Shown here: in pieces, positions 58,013 to 64,000 of the stretch | Position numbering within the stretch: position 1 is the first letter of the stretch | Layout: every line of letters starts with the position of its first letter | Assembly (NCBI GenBank): GCA_037917685.1 | Contig: JAVCBU010000006.1 | Location: 128,001-192,000 of the forward strand | Origin: Thermoproteota archaeon | GTDB lineage: Archaea > Korarchaeota > Korarchaeia > Korarchaeales > JAOZGB01 | DNA: 64,000 nt | Direction: 5' to 3' | Notes under the pieces: generated by a model | What the model was told of the DNA's origin: nothing | Seen by the model: the letters and a program-made list of their open reading frames with translations, nothing else | The model's database searches: none | Position numbers and translations under genes: made by a program

Positions 58013-60058
58013 ATGATTGAACTACCGAAGAAATTGTTTCCTCTCCTACTTGCAGTAGTCATGATGACAACAGCAACCTCGAGTTACACGACGGGTCAGC
58101 TAAACTCTAATGTTATCTTCGTTGCTAGTAATCTCACAGATTATTTTCTATTATCTCCCTTAACCTCCTATACAAATCCCATGAGACTTCTAGTCCTCTC
58201 TAACGGCGGAGATGAGATACGTAATCTTCCAGTTTCATCTATGTTTAGAATTCTATACTTTACCAGGAATCTTACTGTTGATAGCTTACTTGATATAGCC
58301 TTAGAATACAAAATACCCTTCAACTCTGCGATAATAGGTCAAGACCTCCTCTCTCCTGATGTAATGCCATACATCTGCTACCTTGCAACTTTAACAAGAA
58401 GCATAATAGTTCCAAACGCCAGTTACAAGATTCTCTCCAAGCTATCTTCACTAGGGGTGAACAAACTTATAATCTACGGTCAATCCCCCATAGAAGCAGC
58501 TGGATCAATATTAAAATTGAAGACAGTTAAGGACGTTCTAAACTATGCATACACCCAAGCTTGGATGAAGAATTATCTTATAATGGCCCTAACAAACGAT
58601 ACTTCTTACATGCTTATCGCAGCTCATTACGCAGGGATTCGAGGGGGAATCCTCGCCTCCTATGATCCCGAAGCTATCCACACATTTAAACCTGAATGGC
58701 TTGCCGTAGTATCACCACCAATAACACGTGAAAAATATCCGCTACTAACATACCTGTATAACTGCTCTACGAGCATAGATGGGGATAAATACATTGATGT
58801 TAAAATAGGACTGCTAACATCCACTAACATTTACTCAACCTCAAGACTCATAACTGTATCTCTGGCTTTCCCCGAGTTACAAGGAAGCTGGGATAATAGG
58901 GGCGTAGTGATAAGCATGGAATCTGGATCTGCACTTGCATGGAAGATTGCCCGTGAGATGAGAAGAGCAGGCTTAGAAACATTTTATTTAAGTGACAGCG
59001 AAGAAGCCAGAAACCTTTCATTCCAGACATTTCTGAATACACTAATACAAGGTGGACTTCTGACATACATAAACCTACACGGCAACATTTACGCCCTCTC
59101 TCCCCAGCAGTATGGAAACCCCATATTGGATTTTACAGACATCCCGCACATGCCCCCAACCATTATACTGACACTTTCATGTGAAACCTGTGCCTTTTCA
59201 CAGTTAAACAATCCGAATGAAAGCATAGCATACAAGTTCATAGATAACGGCGCTGTATCCTACATTGGATCTACAAGCTTAGAATATGGAGGAGAAGAAT
59301 ATGGAAGCACCTATCCAGAACACATGGTTCATATGCTCCTTATTCAAGGGTTACCCATCGGCGAAGTAGTTAGGATAATAAACAATATTAAAATAGCTCA
59401 AGGCAGGCGAGCCCCCAAACTAATCCTAATAGGTGACCCACTATTAACCATAAAGAGCAAGAAAAGGCTACCATGTATGGTTGAAACCATAAGCTACGGA
59501 CATAAATATAGGATTACAATAAAATCTGATACAGCATCCGTATACATAGCAGTACCTGTGCCAAGCCTGGACTCTCAAATAGTAATAGGCAACGAATCAA
59601 GACTTCACCTTTCAACAGTTTCGTATATAGAACTTGAGGCAAATAAACCAATATTACATCTACTGTTAACCAGAGAGCTTGCAAGCTGGGGAATAGGAGA
59701 TTTAAAGCCGGGAGAACAATTCACAGTTGAAACTATAAATCCGAACAGGTATAGAATAATAACGGCATTCATATCAGTTCTGACAGTTTCCATTACATTG
59801 TCAGCTCTATTCTTAAAGTTTAGACAGGGAAAACAAATAATACAAGCTGAACCATCAACGTTACCAAAAGTTGAAAACATCGACGAGCTTAGATCAAAGG
59901 TCATAAGCTGGATTAAGAACCATCAAATGTATTTTAAAACAAGGCAACCACCAGAGGAGGAATTAGTGAAATACCTCGAAGAGTACTTCAACGTAAAAAT
60001 CCAGAAAGATGAGTTAAACAAATATATACTAAAATTTGCTATAGAGCATTCCATATAG
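58013..60058 (+). CDS. Secreted, membrane-anchored peptidase C25 (gingipain-like)
   Basis: Signal peptide; NLHG and LSCET His/Cys dyad, GAVSYIGST, LIGDP; C-terminal TM. Confidence 0.78.
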   Translation: MIELPKKLFPLLLAVVMMTTATSSYTTGQLNSNVIFVASNLTDYFLLSPLTSYTNPMRLLVLSNGGDEIRNLPVSSMFRILYFTRNLTVDSLLDIALEYKIPFNSAIIGQDLLSPDVMPYICYLATLTRSIIVPNASYKILSKLSSLGVNKLIIYGQSPIEAAGSILKLKTVKDVLNYAYTQAWMKNYLIMALTNDTSYMLIAAHYAGIRGGILASYDPEAIHTFKPEWLAVVSPPITREKYPLLTYLYNCSTSIDGDKYIDVKIGLLTSTNIYSTSRLITVSLAFPELQGSWDNRGVVISMESGSALAWKIAREMRRAGLETFYLSDSEEARNLSFQTFLNTLIQGGLLTYINLHGNIYALSPQQYGNPILDFTDIPHMPPTIILTLSCETCAFSQLNNPNESIAYKFIDNGAVSYIGSTSLEYGGEEYGSTYPEHMVHMLLIQGLPIGEVVRIINNIKIAQGRRAPKLILIGDPLLTIKSKKRLPCMVETISYGHKYRITIKSDTASVYIAVPVPSLDSQIVIGNESRLHLSTVSYIELEANKPILHLLLTRELASWGIGDLKPGEQFTVETINPNRYRIITAFISVLTVSITLSALFLKFRQGKQIIQAEPSTLPKVENIDELRSKVISWIKNHQMYFKTRQPPEEELVKYLEEYFNVKIQKDELNKYILKFAIEHSI

Positions 60059-60095
60059 AAATATTCAAAAAGTGCCAAACCTAACTATTAATGAA

Positions 60096-60181
60096 GCCCC
60101 GGTAGCACAGCCAGGTAGTGCGACGGCCCGGTAAACCCTCTAGAAAGCCGTAGGCCGCGGGTTCAAATCCCGCCCGGGGCT
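60096..60181 (+). tRNA. tRNA-Thr(GGT) with 12-nt canonical intron (60134-60145); C at position 33
   Basis: ACGGC-CC-GGT-A[intron]A-GCCGT; U73 discriminator. Confidence 0.88.
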
Positions 60182-60243
60182 CTCTTCTTTTCAGAGATAG
60201 AACTATAGTCAACTGAATGCTAATTGAAAGAAGTGTTAGAGGA

Positions 60244-60328
60244 AGCCCCGGGAGGGATTCGAACCCTCGACCAACAGCTTACAAGGTTCGACCTACATCT
60301 GTCGCTCTGCCAGCTGAGCTACCGGGGC
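60244..60328 (-). tRNA. tRNA-Thr(TGT) with 12-nt intron at 30/31 (60287-60298)
   Basis: BHB CGAC-AGA...GTCG-AAC; splicing gives ACAGC-CT-TGT-AA-GCTGT. Confidence 0.93.
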
Positions 60329-60345
60329 TTCGCAGAGTGGTTTAG

Positions 60346-60419
60346 TGGGGACGAGGGGATTTGAACCCCTGACCTCCGGCTCCCAAGGCCGGCATCCCAC
60401 CAAGCTAGACCACGTCCCC
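60346..60419 (-). tRNA. tRNA-Pro(TGG)
   Basis: CCGGC-CT-TGG-GA-GCCGG cloverleaf. Confidence 0.95.
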
Positions 60420-60490
60420 ATAATACATAGTTTCAAAGTATTCTTAACTTTTGCAGTTACATTTTAAAACTTACCCTGGTACTATAAAGT

Positions 60491-60590
<100 letters not shown>

Positions 60591-60655
60591 TACTTCTCTG
60601 AAAATAAGTTTCCTTTATATGAATGTATCGCTTATCCGGAGTAAAGAAAGGGGGG

Positions 60656-60859
60656 TTATGTTCTTAGGGCAGCTCTTATATCCTCTTCTGTTACTGTCTT
60701 TCTTCCAGTGTGTCTGGCGAGTTCATTGGCTCGCTTCGCGATTCTCATACCTTCGTCTTCTATGAATTGAGCCAGTGCCTTGACTGCGCTCTCTGAAACT
60801 CTTCTTGCTCCAGCCTTTCTGAGTATTCTGTCAACGGGTGCTAGGGGTAGCTCCATCAA
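60656..60859 (-). CDS. Archaeal histone, second paralog
   Basis: ELPLAPVDRILRKAGARRVS...RHTGRKTVTEEDI. Confidence 0.97.
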   Translation of the reverse strand: MMELPLAPVDRILRKAGARRVSESAVKALAQFIEDEGMRIAKRANELARHTGRKTVTEEDIRAALRT

Positions 60860-60995
60860 CCATGGGATGGACGGTTTACTATAAAATATTTTTGGGTTTT
60901 AGTCCTATTGCCCATGACTAATATGCTTCATCTACCATTCTCATGGAAACGTCAAACGGTTTAGGTTTACATTTATATACTTAAATTTTTTAAGA

Positions 60996-62108
60996 TTATT
61001 TAGTGTGAATTTCTATAATATCTTCATCATTAAGTGTAAATAATGGTCCAACACGCTGTGGACTAGGTCTAATTTTCTTAGACCATATTCTGGCGTAGCA
61101 GAACCTTTCGGCAAACCTTTTATGTATGATCCTAGCAGCTTCGATGACTGTAGCCCCTTCTTTAAGTAGTAACGGCCTCGGGCTTGGTTCTTTGGTACCT
61201 ATCTTTTTTGTGTATACACGGATCAACCCCATGGACTTAATTATAGCTTCTCCTATCTGATCTATGGTTTTAGGCTTCTCGACCATTGTTATTCTTGAGT
61301 AATATTTATTTAAACCCTTAGCGTCGGGTAAAAGCGCTAAGGCGGGTTTTATCATGGGTTTATATTTTACTAAGTTCACAATATCTGCTATAGGAACCCT
61401 TCCCCTTATGTTAACTAGAAGATCTCTTATGCCACTATTTCTAAGACTGTTAAGGATGTCACCTATGATATTCTGCTCAGGTTTTGGTTCTAAGATGAGT
61501 TTCAGTCCTGATCTTGGGGGGAGTTTTTCGATCTCTAACTGTAGGTGGGTTGCAAGGTAAATGTTGCCTTGAGTAAATAGTAAATCGTCTATCTTCTCTA
61601 TATTTTCTTTAATGTTTCCGTCGCTTAGAACTATTAGCGCTATGTCGCTGTTTCTTATTTGTGCTAGCCCTCTTCTGATGATATTTTCGTCTTGCCACTT
61701 ATCTAATACTGGTATGTTGACAACCTGCATGTAAACGCCTCTGTACTTAAAGATCCCTGTATACGGCTTCCCTGATGGGGTGATTTCAGTATAGCCCGGC
61801 TTTACTCCGGTTAACAGTTTCATAAGCTCTGCTTTCACGTTGTATTCTGTTGAGAGCAATGATACTTGGATATCACCAGTTTTCTCTACTATATATGAGA
61901 AGCCTGTTTTCGTTTTTCCTTTCTTCCGAAGTTCTTTTTCCAACGTGGCGATCTGTTTTCTAACTTGTTTGATGAGTTTCTCGGTCCCTTTGTGCTTCGG
62001 AATGAGAGAGAGAAATTCTCTGAGTTTGGTGAGTTTTTCCTCAGGAGTTCTTGCTTTTTCAACTTCCTCCTTCTTTTTTAACGCTTCAACAGTTAAGTTT
62101 GTTGGCAT
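60996..62108 (-). CDS. DRG-family TGS-domain protein with degenerate GTPase motifs
   Basis: MPTNL..IPKHKGTEKL N-terminus and LIRVYTK..IH..YARIW..DEDIIEIH TGS domain; G1/G3/G4 absent. Confidence 0.85.
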   Translation of the reverse strand: MPTNLTVEALKKKEEVEKARTPEEKLTKLREFLSLIPKHKGTEKLIKQVRKQIATLEKELRKKGKTKTGFSYIVEKTGDIQVSLLSTEYNVKAELMKLLTGVKPGYTEITPSGKPYTGIFKYRGVYMQVVNIPVLDKWQDENIIRRGLAQIRNSDIALIVLSDGNIKENIEKIDDLLFTQGNIYLATHLQLEIEKLPPRSGLKLILEPKPEQNIIGDILNSLRNSGIRDLLVNIRGRVPIADIVNLVKYKPMIKPALALLPDAKGLNKYYSRITMVEKPKTIDQIGEAIIKSMGLIRVYTKKIGTKEPSPRPLLLKEGATVIEAARIIHKRFAERFCYARIWSKKIRPSPQRVGPLFTLNDEDIIEIHTK

Positions 62109-62134
62109 CTAATTCTTAAATCTCGTAGGTCAAT

Positions 62135-63820
62135 TTAAATTTCCTTCACGTGTTTGAAAATCTTGTCAACGGAGAATTCCATTGCTGAAACCGGCATTTT
62201 CAAGCCCCAGTTCTCAAGGACTTTAGGATGAATTTCCCCGAAATATCCTATTTCGTCTCGTCCAATAAACACTTTAGCTGCTCTGCCAGCTATGAAGCAC
62301 CCCTTATTTAACTCTTCAAACCTGTAGTCTTTTAATCCGATATTTTTTAGGAAACTTTCAACCAAACCCTTTATTTCATGGAATCCGGTTTCTGCATGGC
62401 ATATTGCTGCAGCTATCTTTCTTTCTGTTCTAGCTCCTGTATCTGTTTTTTCGTCGAGTTTAACGACATCATCCACTTCAAAGATTCGCTGTGGATACTC
62501 GTTGTGCTGGTTTCTTGATAGTACTTCCATAAGAGAAGGTAAGAGCCATGTTCTCAATACGGTATACTCTTCTGTTTTCGGATTGGATGTTTTCACAAGG
62601 GGTTCGGCTGGAATCTCCATTTTACTAAAAAGCTTGTCTTCATTAGACAAGTAGAAGGTTATCACCTCTTGCATATTAAATCCAACCATTAGATCTCTAA
62701 GTACATGAGAAAACTTCTCAAGGGGATCTTCTTCGCCGATGGTGGATATAGAAGGCAGCTCAGGTTCGAAGTTGCCGTAGCCATATGCTATTGCAATATC
62801 TTCAACAAGGTCTATTTGATGCATTATATCTGTCCTGTAGCAAGGGATTAAGACTTCGATTTCATTATGCTTTCTCATACCTTTAACTTCATACCCCATC
62901 TTTCTAAGGTACATCTTGACATTTTCTACTGTAAGGCTAACGCCTAGAAGTTTTTCTGCATATTTTATGTTTAGAACCATCGACCTCGGGTTCATATCAG
63001 GGGTGACAAGCTCTTTGTTCGGGTAGAGGATCCTGACAGCCCCTATCTTCCCTCCCCTTTCCGCTATATTACTAACAACTATGTTTAGGACTTCAAGCAC
63101 CGTTTTAAGGTGCGTCCCTGTAACGTCGATCAATAGGTTCGTTGTGTCTAAAGTTACCCTTGTCTCTTCAGAGTTAATAATTGGAGGCATCGATAAAACT
63201 GTTCCATTATTGTCGATTAGGATCGGGTAGCTGTCTAGGCCTTCAAGGATATGAGCATATTCTATGCCTTTTGGATGCTTAAGGAGTATGTCTTTCAAAG
63301 TGATTTTCCTGTCCCATTCTAGTGGTTTAAACTTGAAATCAGACGGTTTAGTAGTGTAGGTTATAGGAAAGCTTAAGGCGTCCAAATCGTATATTCCTAT
63401 AGAAGCTTTCCTCCTTTTCCTACAATGTGTGATGTGTAATTTTTCTTGAAGTTGCATCATTGAGACCAGAGCGTCCTCATCGACTGGAAAGTCTAAGATA
63501 ACAGACATACCGATGTATGGTCTTATAGAGGATACTCTTTCTTCTACCCTTGTAATTCTACCTCCTGGCGGTTCAACGTCGAATTCCCGTAATCCAGGCT
63601 TTACACCTATGAAAGATGAGAAGGCTCGTGCTAAACCCTCAACGGATAGCATGTCTGGTCTGTTAGGGAAGACCTCCACCGAGAATTCGCCTTCAGTATA
63701 CCCTTCCCAGGCTACTCCTAGCATGGGAAGGGACTCTGCGATTTCGGTGATTGTCAGATCAGCTCCAACGAACCTTACAAATTCCTTAAGATTCACGCTT
63801 ATAACGGGCAAGACAGACAC
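62135..63820 (-). CDS. pheT: Phenylalanyl-tRNA synthetase beta subunit
   Basis: PNRPDMLSVEG, QEKLH, SMPPIINSE, YRTDIMHQIDLVEDIAIAYGY. Confidence 0.97.
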   Translation of the reverse strand: MSVLPVISVNLKEFVRFVGADLTITEIAESLPMLGVAWEGYTEGEFSVEVFPNRPDMLSVEGLARAFSSFIGVKPGLREFDVEPPGGRITRVEERVSSIRPYIGMSVILDFPVDEDALVSMMQLQEKLHITHCRKRRKASIGIYDLDALSFPITYTTKPSDFKFKPLEWDRKITLKDILLKHPKGIEYAHILEGLDSYPILIDNNGTVLSMPPIINSEETRVTLDTTNLLIDVTGTHLKTVLEVLNIVVSNIAERGGKIGAVRILYPNKELVTPDMNPRSMVLNIKYAEKLLGVSLTVENVKMYLRKMGYEVKGMRKHNEIEVLIPCYRTDIMHQIDLVEDIAIAYGYGNFEPELPSISTIGEEDPLEKFSHVLRDLMVGFNMQEVITFYLSNEDKLFSKMEIPAEPLVKTSNPKTEEYTVLRTWLLPSLMEVLSRNQHNEYPQRIFEVDDVVKLDEKTDTGARTERKIAAAICHAETGFHEIKGLVESFLKNIGLKDYRFEELNKGCFIAGRAAKVFIGRDEIGYFGEIHPKVLENWGLKMPVSAMEFSVDKIFKHVKEI

Positions 63821-63823
63821 CCA

Positions 63824-64000
63824 TCATCCGATCCACAGTCTAGCTGATCTTAGAACTTCTAAATCATTCATATAGAGGATTCTTATATCCTCAATATTGT
63901 ACCTATTCATGACGGTCCTCTCAAGTCCTGGACCCCATGCAAGAACTGGGATATCCTTGCCCAGTAGTGGTTTAACTACCTCAGGTCTAAAGATACCGGC
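63824..64000 (-). CDS. pheS: Phenylalanyl-tRNA synthetase alpha subunit, C-terminal part (runs off window)
   Basis: AGIFRPEVVKP...VLAWGPGLER...IEDIR motif 3. Confidence 0.93.
   Translation of the reverse strand, partial: AGIFRPEVVKPLLGKDIPVLAWGPGLERTVMNRYNIEDIRILYMNDLEVLRSARLWIG

Noticed and set aside
60200-60230. ATTGAAAG CRISPR-repeat-like end between tRNA genes
   Set aside because: Single short match with no repetition

Overview
Archaeal chromosome segment, probably from a TACK/Thermoproteota-like lineage (inferred from two histones, the exosome-proteasome-RNase P superoperon, SmAP3-like Sm and NusA-like proteins, and non-canonical tRNA introns). It is mostly core informational genes, plus 11 tRNAs, 6 of them with bulge-helix-bulge (BHB) introns. 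The standout observation is that pcm (protein-L-isoaspartate methyltransferase) is split by a 29-nt insertion that folds into a BHB motif. Cutting at the standard endonuclease positions restores the conserved GQTISAPH-MV motif in frame, making it a candidate tRNA-type intron in an archaeal mRNA other than cbf5. Other notable items: a putative cdc6-unlinked replication origin at ~5.2-5.35 kb (inverted ORB-like boxes, AT-rich core, strand-skew switch, nearby pseudogenes); an AT-rich type IV pilus-like cluster appended to the exosome operon; a TFB-paralog/coiled-coil/membrane HerA-VirB4 ATPase operon next to a 37-bp direct repeat; a pst-phoU island bounded by a tRNA-Glu 3'-end duplication; a DRG-family protein lacking all GTPase motifs; and several small ORFs missing from the ORF track. 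All calls come from reading the sequence by eye; no database searches or folding programs were run.
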